A stretch of 62,379 nucleotides of DNA, filler included, from Babesia bigemina (Eukaryota), in assembly GCF_000981445.1 (NCBI RefSeq). It is 11 parts of 11 records of this genome, joined end to end, with 100 filler letters (N's around TTAATTAATTAA, not from the genome) between each part and the next. Parts side by side here need not be neighbours in the genome. Positions count along the whole stretch, not along the records: positions 16,177 to 34,741 come from NW_012237051.1; positions 34,842 to 37,592 come from NW_012237052.1; positions 37,693 to 39,779 come from NW_012237053.1; positions 39,880 to 43,584 come from NW_012237054.1; positions 43,685 to 47,300 come from NW_012237055.1; 6 more parts are not named here. The stretch is one strand, 5' to 3'. Of the stretch, positions 32,086 to 43,802 are shown one piece after another (the first letter of the stretch is position 1; each line of letters opens with the position of its first letter). The notes under the pieces were generated by a model. The model had not been told where the DNA came from. It searched no databases and saw nothing but the letters and a program-made list of their open reading frames with translations. A program made the position numbers and the translations under genes.

Positions 32086-33527
32086 TTTGAAGGGTTAGTT
32101 AAATTACGCAATTATTGTAATGAAATCGTGTGAATATCGTGCCTATCTACTAATTGCGTCGCGAAGATCCCGCGTATGTAATAGGAACACTGAATGGAGG
32201 TAATGTCGTAATAGCGGGGAAGGACAAGACAAGTGTTGTTGCCTTCTAATACATATGCGCTTTAGCACGGTATGCGAATTCTTCTTAATGCGAACGAGGC
32301 AGACCTAGGCAAAGCAACGGCGACCCAAGTGCCGTATCGCAGCCAGTTCTAGACAATAAGCGTGGCATGTACTATGTAAAGCGCGAGTGATAGACGTGCA
32401 TAAGTTTTAGCCAAAAAGGGCGTATACAGTAGCTCTGCATGTTGAATCAATGTGTGACAATGTGTAGATATTTCAACAATGTTGCAAGTGGTGTGTTGCT
32501 GCGCTTATGGAGTCGCGCGTTACTCGCTGTTGATCGACCTCGCAATCATTCGGTGACGGAGTCAGACGATTCTTCTACTGTCTAACGTGCGCATCGTAAT
32601 TGTTTTCTGCTTTAGGTGATTGCGGCAACTGCGATTCCTAAGGTTTCTTGGCATGTAACAACTTCAGACGATGGCACCGTTGGTCGCCTTCCCTATAAAT
32701 CAGGCATCATATCAGCGGTGATCGGCGGTTGCTGCAGAGTCTAGTGCACAATTAGTTTAGGTACTGCTGTGTGTATGCGTACGATCTTGTGTGTATGTGC
32801 GTCCTTCACATGTGTATTCTTGGGGGAATAGTTTGTTGGTTTGTAACCTAATCGTACGGCTCTACTAGTAGGTGTTAATTGCGGAACATTGCAGCTCCTA
32901 TGCGACGTTCTATAAAGCCTGAGGGAATCTCGAAATTTGACGCAATCTTCCACGGCGGGATTCCTGAACCGCAGTTGTACACATTCCCATATATCGTTTG
33001 CCCATACCAATGTGAGCTCATTTGGATTTCAATTGAAGGTCATGCCTCCAGTTCAGGCTGCCACGTTTCCGCCGCACCCATATACCACGCTAATGGTCTA
33101 ACAACGGTCTGTGTGAACCACGGTGTAGGATTAAGATGCAGTAGATTCATATCGATTCCTCAAGAGACACGACATATCACATCACATGGGTACTCAAACA
33201 ATCATTCGCATTCCGTACATTCATCTGGCGGACGCGTCACCGAATCTTACAAGGCGTTGTCGTGCTGCCGACTTTAGCGATCGCCAGACCAGAGCATAAA
33301 CAAATAAACCGACGCATTCATGTATTACATTACTTTCTAGTTGCTGCTTAGGTGATATGCGCTTGTTATTACTGGATGTAAGCGTGTACAGCAAGGGTGA
33401 AGTGCACAAGGAGGGTAGGAAGCACTGCGTGAACGTCGTCCCCGTCTTTTCTTCATCCAGGCTGTCGAATAGTTCGTGCCCACGCTGCCACCTTCACGTG
33501 GCGATTCCCGCGGGTGCAAAGAGCTAT

Positions 33528-33788
33528 TTACAAGCCTCCTTCACTCTCAGAATTATGGTCTTCTTCAGGCGGAAGATCCTCTGTACCATCCTCACTGCCT
33601 GCACTAAACGTGTCGTTTGAACTCTGTTCCACGTCTTCACGCGCATTGTCGTTTTTGTCACGTTCTGAATGGTGCTTTTGGGGGGGAGGTCCAAAATGAA
33701 TCAGCCGGTCTAGATTCTCCGCAATATGCTTGACAAAAGTGCTTATGTCTTCGGCATATTTGGCAGTGTCAATGATAACCTGTTCCAT
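33528..33788 (-). CDS. Small acidic hypothetical protein
   Basis: ATG-initiated 86-aa ORF, helical then acidic; no family recognised. Confidence 0.3.
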   Translation of the reverse strand: MEQVIIDTAKYAEDISTFVKHIAENLDRLIHFGPPPQKHHSERDKNDNAREDVEQSSNDTFSAGSEDGTEDLPPEEDHNSESEGGL

Positions 33789-34149
33789 ATTTCTACTACC
33801 GCAACTCTCAGAAGTGCTGCTAGAGTTGCGGTCATACTCACTACGAAAACGGAAACGTTTCTTTATAGGGTTCCAGAATTTACGCTAAGCCTTATGACGT
33901 ACACCCCTTATATCCTGCTTCTGAATCATCTTTGCCGGCGCCGCTACCCGCTTACCGTAAAAGTTAGCCACGGCCTCTAATCGCTTCTTCTGACGCGAGT
34001 ATGCCTCTTGTTACCTCTGCACTGTGGACGTTTGCCGCTTGCACCCGCTATTTCTGATGAGGGTGTGGCGCCTGCAACAGCCTCTTGTGGCAAGGATTCA
34101 CGGCGTGCAACAGGCACTTGTGGAATGAATGGGGGGGGTGCAACAGCTG

Positions 34150-34735
34150 CTAGTGACGGGAATATGTCTCTTATACCCGCTGCTAGTGACGCGAGTATGT
34201 CTCTTATACCCGCTTCTTGTGACGCGAGTATGTCTCTTATAGCCGCTTCTTGTGACGAGAATCGGTGGCCTTCATACGCTGCTTGTGGCGCGAGTGTGCC
34301 GCTTGTTGCCGCTGCTTGTGACGCGAGTATGTCTCTTATACCCGCTGCTAGTGACGCGAGTATGTCTCTTATACCCGCTTCTTGTGACGCGAGTATGTCT
34401 CTTATAGCCGCTTCTTGTGACGAGAATCGGTGGCCTTCATACGCTTCTCGTGGCGGGATTGCGCTGCCTTCATACGCTGCTTCTGACGCGAGTATGCCGC
34501 CTGCACCAGCTGATGGTGGCGCGAGTATGCCGCTTGCACCCGTTGCTTGTGACGCGAGTATGTCTCTTATACCCGCTGCTAGTGACGCGAGTATGTCTCT
34601 TATACCCGCTGCTAGTGACGCGAGTATGTCTCCTATACCCGCTGCTTTTGACCAGAGTTTGCCCCTTGTTCCCGCTGCCTGGGACCCCAGTATGTCTCCT
34701 AAACCCGCTGCTTTGGACCCGAGTATTTCCCTTTA
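34150..34735. repeat. 33-bp coding-type tandem repeat (GACGCGAGTATGTCTCTTATACCCGCTGCTAGT)
   Basis: In-frame 11-aa periodicity: DASMSLIPAAS on +, LAAGIRDILAS on -. Confidence 0.85.
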
Positions 34736-34741
34736 ACCCCC

Positions 34742-34841
34742 NNNNNNNNNNNNNNNNNNNNNNNNNNNNNNNNNNNNNNNNNNNNTTAATTAATTAANNN
34801 NNNNNNNNNNNNNNNNNNNNNNNNNNNNNNNNNNNNNNNNN
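34742..34841. other. Assembly gap with linker
   Basis: N-TTAATTAATTAA-N. Confidence 0.98.
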
Positions 34842-35326
34842 CCCGCCAGCGAAGTGCTAGCCGTGCAGATCCGCACTTGGAGCAATGATCCACGTTAATG
34901 CACGGCGATAATGCCTGACACACGCCTTTGAATTGACATCCGTCCATTCCACAGTCGCTTCCCCCCTTTTTAGACCCCATTGCGCGCGACGTTAGACACG
35001 TAAAGGGACACACTCGCGCCCATACTGCTGCATGACACCATTACGGCGGCTGATGTTGCGGAACTGCGCCTTGCAGAGTATAAGCCCCGTCACCAGGCGC
35101 TGATAACGGGGTTGCGTTTACGTCTCTCGTACCCGGCTGAGCAACATGCCTCCGTTGCAGCATTAGGAGCGAAGGTGTACATTTTTACGAGTTGCTACAC
35201 GCAGTAAACGCTATTCTCACGCCAACGAATCGCTGCTTCATCGATGTTAATTCTCGCATTTTGCAGTTGTGTAATGTGTAGCTGTGTATTATGCGAATGG
35301 GCATGCAGCTCGCCAAACGCTTTGAT

Positions 35327-35639
35327 TCACCGCACCAAGCACACCACTCAAAAATCCCATCACCCCGTCACACAGCCTGTCCAGGTCAGAGTACACTATC
35401 CCACTGCCGTCGTAGCCTTTGGTGTCAGAGTTGAAGCCGAGGAATTTTTCGAGGCCAAAGCAAAGGTTATTAAGGATGTTAGTAGGGTTGTTATTTGAGG
35501 TATTTTTAGGATTTTAAATTTTGTCAAATTTCTTGTGAAGCTCCCTAGGCGGCACATGGTCAGGGCAGTGGCAAGAGGTGGAAGAAAGGAAGGGAAGGGT
35601 GACAAGGCACAAGTTATTGCTATGGTTAATAGAGGTCAT
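35327..35639 (-). pseudogene. ves1: ves 5' fragment with in-frame TAA, truncated by junction to unrelated DNA
   Basis: MTSINHSNNLCLVTLPFLSSTSCHCPDHVPPRELHKKFDKI*NPKNTSNNNPTNILNNLC..GIVYSDLDRLCDGVMGFLSGVLGAV, after which homology stops. Confidence 0.8.
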
Positions 35640-35665
35640 AGAGGTATTATGGCGAGGTAATTGAA

Positions 35666-37592
35666 GGGATGTAGAGTGGATAAAGGGGCGATGTAGAGTG
35701 GACAAAGGGGCGATGTAGAGTGGACAAAGGGGCGATGTAGAGTGGGTAAAGGGGCGATGTAGAGTGGATAAGAGCGATGTAGAGTGGATAAAGGGGCGAT
35801 GTAGAGTGGATAAAGGGGCGATGTAGAGTGGATTAGGGAGCGATGTAGAGTGGATAAGGGAGCGATGTAGAGTGGGTAAAGGGGCGATGTAGAGTGGATT
35901 AAGGAGCGATGTAGAGTGGGTTAGGGAGCGATGTGGAGTGGATTAAGGGGCGATGAAGAGTGGATTAGGGAGCGATGTAGAGTGGATAAGGGGGCGATGT
36001 AGAGTGGGTAAAGGGGCGATGTAGAGTGGGTTAAGGAGCGATGTAGAGTGGGTAAAGGGGCGATGTAGAGTGGATTAAGGGGCGATGTGGAGTGGGTTAA
36101 GGAGCGATGTAGAGTGGGTTAAGGGGCGATGTAGAGTGGATAAAGGAGCGATGTAGAGTGGATTAGGGAGCGATGTAGAGTGGGTTAAGGGGCGATGTGG
36201 AGTGGGTAAAGGGGCGATGTAGAGTGGATTAAGGAGCGATGTAGAGTGGGTTAAGGGGCGATGTAGAGTGGATAAAGGAGCGATGTAGAGTTGATAAAGG
36301 GGCGATGTAGAGTGGTTTAGGGAGCGATGTAGAGTGGGTTAAGGGGCGATGTAGAGTGGGTAAAGGGGCGATGTAGAGTGGATAAAGGGGCGATGTAGAG
36401 TGGGTTAAGGGGCGATGTAGAGTGGATAAAGGGGCGATGTAGAGTGGGTTAGGGAGCGATGTAGAGTGGATAAAGGGGCGATGTGGAGTGGATAAAGGGG
36501 CGATGTAGAGTGGGTAAGGGAGCGATGTAGAGCGGGTAAGGGGCGATGTGGAGTGGGTTAAGGGGCGACGTAGAGTGGGTAAAGGGGCGATGTAGAGTGG
36601 GTTAGGGAGCGATGTAGAGTGGGTAAAGGAGCGATGTAGAGTGGGTTAAGGAGCGATGAAGGGTGGGTAAAGGGGCGATGTAGAGTGGATAAAGGGGCGA
36701 TGTAGAGTGGGTAAAGGGGCGATGTGGAGTGGGTTAGGGAGCGATGTAGAGTGGATAAAGGAGCGATGTACAGTGGGTTAGGGAGCGATGTAGAGTGGGT
36801 TAAGGGGCGATGTGGAGTGGGTTAAGGGGCGATGTAGAGTGGGTTAAGGGGCGATGTAGAGTGGGTAAAGGGGCGATGAAGGGTGGATAAAGGGGCGATG
36901 TAGAGTGGATAAAGGGGCGATGTGGAGTGGGTTAAGGGGCGATGTAGAGTGGGTTAGGGGGCGATGTAGAGTGGGTAGAGGGGCGATGTGGAGTGGATAG
37001 AGGAGCGATGTAGAGTGGGTTAGGGAGCGATGTAGGGTGGGTTAGGGAGCGATGTAGAGTGGGTTAGGGAGCGATGTAGAGTGGATAAAGGGGCGATGTA
37101 AAGTGGATTAGGGAGCGATGTAGAGTGGGTTAAGGGGCGATGTAGGGTGGATAAAGGGGCGATGTGGAGTGGGTTAGGGAGCGATGTAGAGTGGATTAGG
37201 GAGCGATGTAGGGTGGGTTAGGGAGCGATGTAGAGTGGGTTAGGGAGCGATGTAGAGTGGATAAAGGGGCGATGTAAAGTGGATTAGGGAGCGATGTAGA
37301 GTGGGTTAAGGAGCGATGTAGGGTGGGTTAGGGAGCGATGTAGAGTGGGTAAAGGAGCGATGTAGAGTGGATAAAGGGGCGATGTGGAGTGGGTAAAGGA
37401 GCGATGTAGAGTGGATAAGGGAGCGATGTGGAGTGGATAAGGGGCGATGTAAGGTGGGTAAAGGGGCGATGTAGAGTGGGTTAGGGAGCGATGTAGAGTG
37501 GGTAAAGGAGCGATGTAGAGTGGATAGAGGAGCGATGTAGAGTGGGTAAAGGGGCGATGTGGAGTGGATAAAAAGGCGATGTAGAGTGGGTA
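35666..37592 (+). repeat. 22-bp G-rich tandem array, >1.9 kb (cut by gap)
   Basis: Directly visible. Confidence 0.97.
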
Positions 37593-37692
37593 NNNNNNNN
37601 NNNNNNNNNNNNNNNNNNNNNNNNNNNNNNNNNNNNTTAATTAATTAANNNNNNNNNNNNNNNNNNNNNNNNNNNNNNNNNNNNNNNNNNNN
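37593..37692. other. Assembly gap with linker
   Basis: N-TTAATTAATTAA-N. Confidence 0.98.
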
Positions 37693-38050
37693 CAGGCAAA
37701 GTGCTGTTATGATCGCTGCTCTAATATGTGTAGAGGATGGTTATTTTGCCAGTATGAAAATCACACTCATAGTATAGCATCACCGAACTCAATGACCGCT
37801 TTTGCATAGATCTTTAAATGGTTTAATCTTCAGACTACTGACAAATATTACAATGAAGCGAATCGTACATTGTTGACTATTAACACCTTTTAATGTCATG
37901 CTAGCGTCAGCGCGCTCATAATTGCAGGGTGTGGGAGGCAGAATCCCTCACAAAATGCAGCTACTAAATCTACATATTTTACGTTCATTGGGATGCTGCC
38001 ACGACGATGTATAGCCATATTTGCTTGTATTCGGTTGTTCTCGTTTAACT

Positions 38051-38735
38051 ATGTCTGCCCAACGCAGTTTACCTTTCCACAAGATACACATTGCGCTTTC
38101 ATTAGCCAGCGCCGGTATAATAAGTAGTATATGTGACGCTCGTTTGATTCTACCTGTGGGCATAGGAGCCTTCCATACCGCTGGTAGGCGCATCTGTCTT
38201 CCAAGTGACAGAGAATATAGAGTAGATGGTACGTTATTGAAGCGTTACACAGGTTTTAAAAAAACCGCATCAAGCGCAGAAGGTCTTCTATTTACAAATC
38301 GTACGTGCAAAAAAAGTCACATGTTCCGGTGCCAATGTCTCTTGTTCAAACCAAAGATGCAATGACAGTCGCAGGTAATCTACCGGGATGGGCTCAGAAA
38401 GCCTTCAAAATACAACACGACGCTTACGAAAAGATAAGAGAGGCATTTATTCCAGAGTTGGGCGTGGCTGCTGTAATTTATAAGCATAAAATCACGGGGA
38501 TTTCCATTATTTCTTTGGCAACTGATGCGTCGAGCGGTAAGGAGATATGTTTCGATATAATTATACCCACCCCGCCGTCAAACGATTGCGGATGCCCCCA
38601 TATATTGGAACACGCAGTGTTGGAAGGTTCAAAAAAATACCCTAATAAGGGTGGATTCTCAATCCTTCTCCAAGGGGGTTTCCAGAGTTTTGTTAACGCC
38701 TTCACATATAAAGATCGCACATCGTATTTGTTTGC
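38051..38735 (+). pseudogene. Falcilysin-like M16C metallopeptidase 5' fragment, copy 1 (frameshift in A-run)
   Basis: Same as copy 2 but with one A fewer at ~38310. Confidence 0.7.
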
Positions 38736-39093
38736 CAGGCAAAGTGCTGTTATGATCGCTGCTCTAATATGTGTAGAAGATGGTTATTTTGCCAGTATGA
38801 AAATCACACTCATAGTATAGCATCACCGAACTCAATGACCGCTTTTGCATAGATCTTTAAATGGTTTAATCTTCAGACTACTGACAAATATTACAATGAA
38901 GCGAATCGTACATTGTTGACTATTAACACCTTTTAATGTCATGCTAGCGTCAGCGCGCTCATAATTGCAGGGTGTGGGAGGCAGAATCCCTCACAAAATG
39001 CAGCTACTAAATCTACATATTTTACGTTCATTGGGATGCTGCCACGACGATGTATAGCCATATTTGCTTGTATTCGGTTGTTCTCGTTTAACT

Positions 39094-39779
39094 ATGTCTG
39101 CCCAACGCAGTTTACCTTTCCACAAGATACACATTGCGCTTTCATTAGCCAGCGCCGGTATAATAAGTAGTATATGTGACGCTCGTTTGATTCTACCTGT
39201 GGGCATAGGAGCCTTCCATACCGCTGGTAGGCGCATCTGTCTTCCAAGTGACAGAGAATATAGAGTAGATGGTACGTTATTGAAGCGTTACACAGGTTTT
39301 AAAAAAACCGCATCAAGCGCAGAAGGTCTTCTATTTACAAATCGTACGTGCAAAAAAAAGTCACATGTTCCGGTGCCAATGTCTCTTGTTCAAACCAAAG
39401 ATGCAATGACAGTCGCAGGTAATCTACCGGGATGGGCTCAGAAAGCCTTCAAAATACAACACGACGCTTACGAAAAGATAAGAGAGGCATTTATTCCAGA
39501 GTTGGGCGTGGCTGCTGTAATTTATAAGCATAAAATCACGGGGATTTCCATTATTTCTTTGGCAACTGATGCGTCGAGCGGTAAGGAGATATGTTTCGAT
39601 ATAATTATACCCACCCCGCCGTCAAACGATTGCGGATGCCCCCATATATTGGAACACGCAGTGTTGGAAGGTTCAAAAAAATACCCTAATAAGGGTGGAT
39701 TCTCAATCCTTCTCCAAGGGGGTTTCCAGAGTTTTGTTAACGCCTTCACATATAAAGATCGCACATCGTATTTGTTTGC
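39094..39779 (+). CDS. Falcilysin/presequence protease (M16C) 5' fragment, copy 2
   Basis: TPPSNDCGCPHILEHAVLEGSKKYP (HXXEH zinc motif) and FVNAFTYKDRTSYLF; hydrophobic then basic N-terminus suggests organelle targeting. Confidence 0.88.
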
Positions 39780-39879
39780 NNNNNNNNNNNNNNNNNNNNN
39801 NNNNNNNNNNNNNNNNNNNNNNNTTAATTAATTAANNNNNNNNNNNNNNNNNNNNNNNNNNNNNNNNNNNNNNNNNNNN
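39780..39879. other. Assembly gap with linker
   Basis: N-TTAATTAATTAA-N. Confidence 0.98.
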
Positions 39880-40058
39880 AGATGACCAAAGTATGCCCGG
39901 CAGTCAGTCTTATTTTTGCGCAGGAGGAGATATCCCCAACATCCATTGCAATTGTCACTCTTACATTTTTCACAGCACCACGAGCAGCAGACACAACTAA
40001 ACCGTGGACAACTAATATCACATGTACACGGAGAACCTGACGTGGACACCCAAACCAT
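39880..40058 (-). CDS. Small Cys-rich protein, family member B (5' part, cut by gap)
   Basis: MVWVSTSGSPCTCDISCPRFSCVCCSWCCEKCKSDNCNGCW..; same position and ATG context as member A. Confidence 0.72.
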
Positions 40059-40067
40059 CTTCCGCTA

Positions 40068-40835
40068 CCAATCCCCTCAACCTGCAAACATATCAATCAC
40101 CTAAGCAGCACTCACCAACTGCAACACTACCACTGCCGCTCCCAGTCCCCTCAACCTGCAGACATATCAATCACTCAAGCAGCACTCACCAACTGCAACA
40201 CGTACCACTGCCGCTCCCAGTCCCCTCAACCTGCAAGCATATCAATCACCTAAGCAACGCACTCACCAACTGCAACACGTACCACTGCCGCTCCCAGTCC
40301 CCTCAACCTGCAAGCATATCAATCACCTAGCAACGCACTCACCTACTACGACACGCACCACTGCCGCTCCCAGTCCCCTCAACCTGCTAACATATCAATC
40401 ACTCAAGCAACGCACTCACCAACTGCAACACGTGACACTGCCGCTCCACTCCCCTCAACCTGCAAGCATATCAATCACCTAAGCAACGCACTCACCAACT
40501 GCAACACGTACCACTGCCGCTCCCAGTCCCCTCAACCTGCAAGCATATCAATCACCTAGCAACGCACTCACCTACTACGACACGCACCACTGCCGCTCCC
40601 AGTCCCCTCAACCTGCTAACATATCAATCACTTAGTCAACGCACTCACCAACTGCAACACTACCACTGCCGCTCCCAGTCCCCTCAACCTGCAAACATAT
40701 CACTCACTCAAGCAGCACTCACCAACTGCAACACTACCACTGCCGCTCCCACTCCCCTCAACCTGCAAGCATATCAGTCACTCAAGCAGCACTCACCAAC
40801 TGCAACACTACCACTGCCGCTCCCACTCCCCTCAT
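40068..40835 (-). repeat. ~75-bp tandem array (~10 units)
   Basis: Same unit as 2939-3478. Confidence 0.95.
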
Positions 40836-41335
40836 CAACACTCACCCTCACCGCTGTATCCCCCCAGCCCAGGCCACCGACACCCACGCTGCCCGGGATA
40901 CCACAGCTGCGCCTGACGCGACGCATGTGATCAGCACCAACTGTCACTCTAAATTATTCACTATTCGCAACGCCATACATATTGCAGCGACCCGTGCGCT
41001 CAACTCCCACAGTGCAGCAGCACCGTGCTACGAGCCGCGGTATCGGCGCCATGCTGGCGGAGCGTGTCGGCTACGTGCCTAAATGTGATATTAACGATCG
41101 TTACATTGCCGCCTATAAATGCTACTTAACCAGGCCAACGCGGATTACGCCACCCCGCCAGTGACTCGCAACACACGACTTAGGTCACCCGCCGCGGCCC
41201 TCACGACCGCTACGTTAGCGACCAATCACCCAGCCTCACGTGACACCGACTCAATGGGCAACGTGGACGCCTCTCACAGTCAACGCACCGGGCAATCAAC
41301 GTGCTATAACACCCACCAAATTACGGTTCATCCGC
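40836..41335. promoter_or_regulatory. Conserved ~500-bp block, copy 3
   Basis: Near-identical to 3479-3991 with small indels. Confidence 0.45.
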
Positions 41336-42527
41336 CAGCTTACCACTTTGCCTGGTTGCTAGCTAAGCACTTTGCCTGGTTGCTAGCTTAGCACTTTGCC
41401 TGGTTGCTAGCTTAGCACTTTGCCTGGTTGCTAGCTTAGCACTTTGCCTGAGTGCTAGCTTACCACGTTGTCTGGTTGTAAGCTTACCACTTTGCCTGGT
41501 TGCCAGCTTAGCACTTTGCCTGGTTGCCAGCTTAGCACTTCGCCTGGTTGCTAGGTCAACACTTTGCCTGGATGCTAGGTTAGCATTTAGCCTGGTTGCT
41601 AGGTTACCACTTTGCCTGGGTGCTAGGTTAGCACTTTGCCCGAGTGCCAGCTTACCACTATGCCTGGGTGCTAGCTTACCACTTTGCCTGGTTGCCAGCT
41701 TAGCACTTTGCCTGGTTGCCAGCTTAGCACTTCGCCTGGTTGCTAGGTCAACACTTTGCCTGGGTGCTAGGTTACCACTTTGCCTGGTTGCTAGGTTACC
41801 ACTTTGCCTGGGTGCCAGCTTACCACTTTGCCTGGGTGCTAGCTTACCACTTTGCCTGGTTGCTAGGTCAACACTTTGCCTGGATGCTAGGTTAGCACTT
41901 AGCCTGGTTGCTAGGTTACCACTTTGCCTGGGTGCTAGGTTAGCACTTTGCCCGAGTGCCAGCTTACCACTATGCCTGGGTGCTAGGTTAGCACTTTGCC
42001 TGGGTGCTAGGTCAACACTTTGCCTGGGTGCTAGCTTACCACGTTGCCTGGTTGCTAGGTCAACACTTTGCCTGGGTGCCAGCTTACCACGTTGCCTGGG
42101 TGCTAGCTTAGCACTTTGCCTGGTTGCTAGCTTAGCACTTTGCCTGGGTGCTAGCTCAGCACTTTGCCTGGGTGCTAGCTTAGCACTTTGCCTGGATGCT
42201 AGCTTAGCACTTTGCCTGAGTGCTAGGTTACCACTTTGCCTGGGTGCTAGCTTAGCACTTTGCCTGGTTGCTAGCTTAGCACTTTGCCTGGGTGCTAGGT
42301 TACCACTTTGCCTGGGTGCTAGCTCAACACTTTGCCTGGTTGCTAGCTTATCACTTTGCCTGGGTGCCAGCTTATCACTTTGCCTGGGTGCTAGGTTAAC
42401 ACTTAGCTTGCGTGCTTGCTTAGCACTTTGCCTGGATGCTTGCTTAGCACTTTGCCTGGGTGCTAGGTTAGCACTTTGCCTGGGTGCTTGCTTAGCACTT
42501 TGCCTGGGTGCTAGGTCAACACTTTGC
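41336..42527 (+). repeat. 24-bp tandem array, ~50 units
   Basis: Directly visible. Confidence 0.95.
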
Positions 42528-42682
42528 ATTGTCTGTCAGTCATCACTTAATTTCAACGCTATTTAGTTTACAGGTTGCCGCTAGAGTAATTCGAGACATT
42601 AGACTACGTTTGTCGGTTAGGTGAGTAGGTGATGGTAGGTGAGATGTTACGTGAGTTGTGTGAGTTACAAACGTGAATACGA

Positions 42683-43584
42683 TTAAGGCTGCAGGTACGA
42701 TATCTTGGCAAGCCTTCCGACTTGCGATGCGGCCAACAATGACTGCGCCGTTATCTTGTGCGACGACGGTACCCTCAGGTGTGATTTGATGTGGAGCACA
42801 TCCAGTCTGCCAACCATTACGCAGATGAGGTAGAAGAGGGATAGTGACCAAAGCGCGACGGTCATCCATATAAACGGCTGCCTGATGGTGAAGATGAATT
42901 CGTCGCATTTTTCGAACAGCTTTCTGAAGGAGTTGGAATTTAATACATTGTGAAGTTGTCGGTGGAAATTGTGGCAATACCTTCTACCTTCAGCGTCTAA
43001 CAATTTTTCAGGATTGCCGAACGTGAATCCGAAACTATATAACGTGCTTACGACACCGCGGCATTCAACGATGCCTTTGCACTGGCAGTTATAGGCTGCG
43101 CCATGCTTACCCCGTTTACAAGCCGTGCCGTGCGTACAGCGACGACATCCCCAATCCTGGCAGGATATATTGGTAAACGCCCTGAACAAAGATTCAAGAC
43201 ACTGCCAGAACGACCACGGTAAGTACACTGCCCATGACAGGTAGAGACCGGCGTGCTTCTCGGCAGCGTAGTGGTATGCATCACTGTACAACGTGGACAG
43301 GTACGGAGCGCAGTGAACGTCGTCAGTACTAGCGTATTTGCAGGACTCTGTTTTCGAGAGACTCGACAAGTCGGCCTCCGTAGGTCTCGAATGATTTCTA
43401 CCCTCATGACTTTGGCCGTTTTTGTAAGCGTCACTAAGCGCGCCTGTGAGTTGTGATGGCTCCGCATACAAGTCGATGGACTGCTTCCTTATTGCCTTCA
43501 CAAACGCAGCATTGACGGCATCTGAGTTGCCATCTCAGGTAGCATTAAACGCACCGACCGAAGGTAAATACAAACTGGAAGTGC
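42683..43584 (-). CDS. ves1: VESA1-like antigen, 3' fragment (cut by gap)
   Basis: CAPYLSTLY..YLSWAVYLPW..CQDWGC..TM..RLDVLHIKSHLRVPSSHKI..SYLQP*. Confidence 0.9.
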
Positions 43585-43684
43585 NNNNNNNNNNNNNNNN
43601 NNNNNNNNNNNNNNNNNNNNNNNNNNNNTTAATTAATTAANNNNNNNNNNNNNNNNNNNNNNNNNNNNNNNNNNNNNNNNNNNN
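43585..43684. other. Assembly gap with linker
   Basis: N-TTAATTAATTAA-N. Confidence 0.98.
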
Positions 43685-43802
43685 TTTTTAAAACGATCAG
43701 AGATTCGTCCCTTAGCAGTGCAGAGCAGTACCGCGTTTTTCTCCTTTTGTAGGCTCTGAGTCAGATGAAAACATTTCTCCACTTCCCCCCCCTTCCCCCC
43801 AA

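Larger units (their letters stand above)
37693..39779 (+). repeat. Direct tandem duplication, period 1043 bp, making up the whole contig
   Basis: 37693-38735 is repeated at 38736-39779. Differences noticed: one substitution (GAGGAT/GAAGAT) and an A7/A8 run. Confidence 0.95.

Noticed and set aside
34842..35013. Cys-containing ORF as a fourth Cys-rich family member
   Set aside because: Lacks the CxCx3C..CxCC spacing, the GGAAG-ATG context and the upstream 75-bp repeats.
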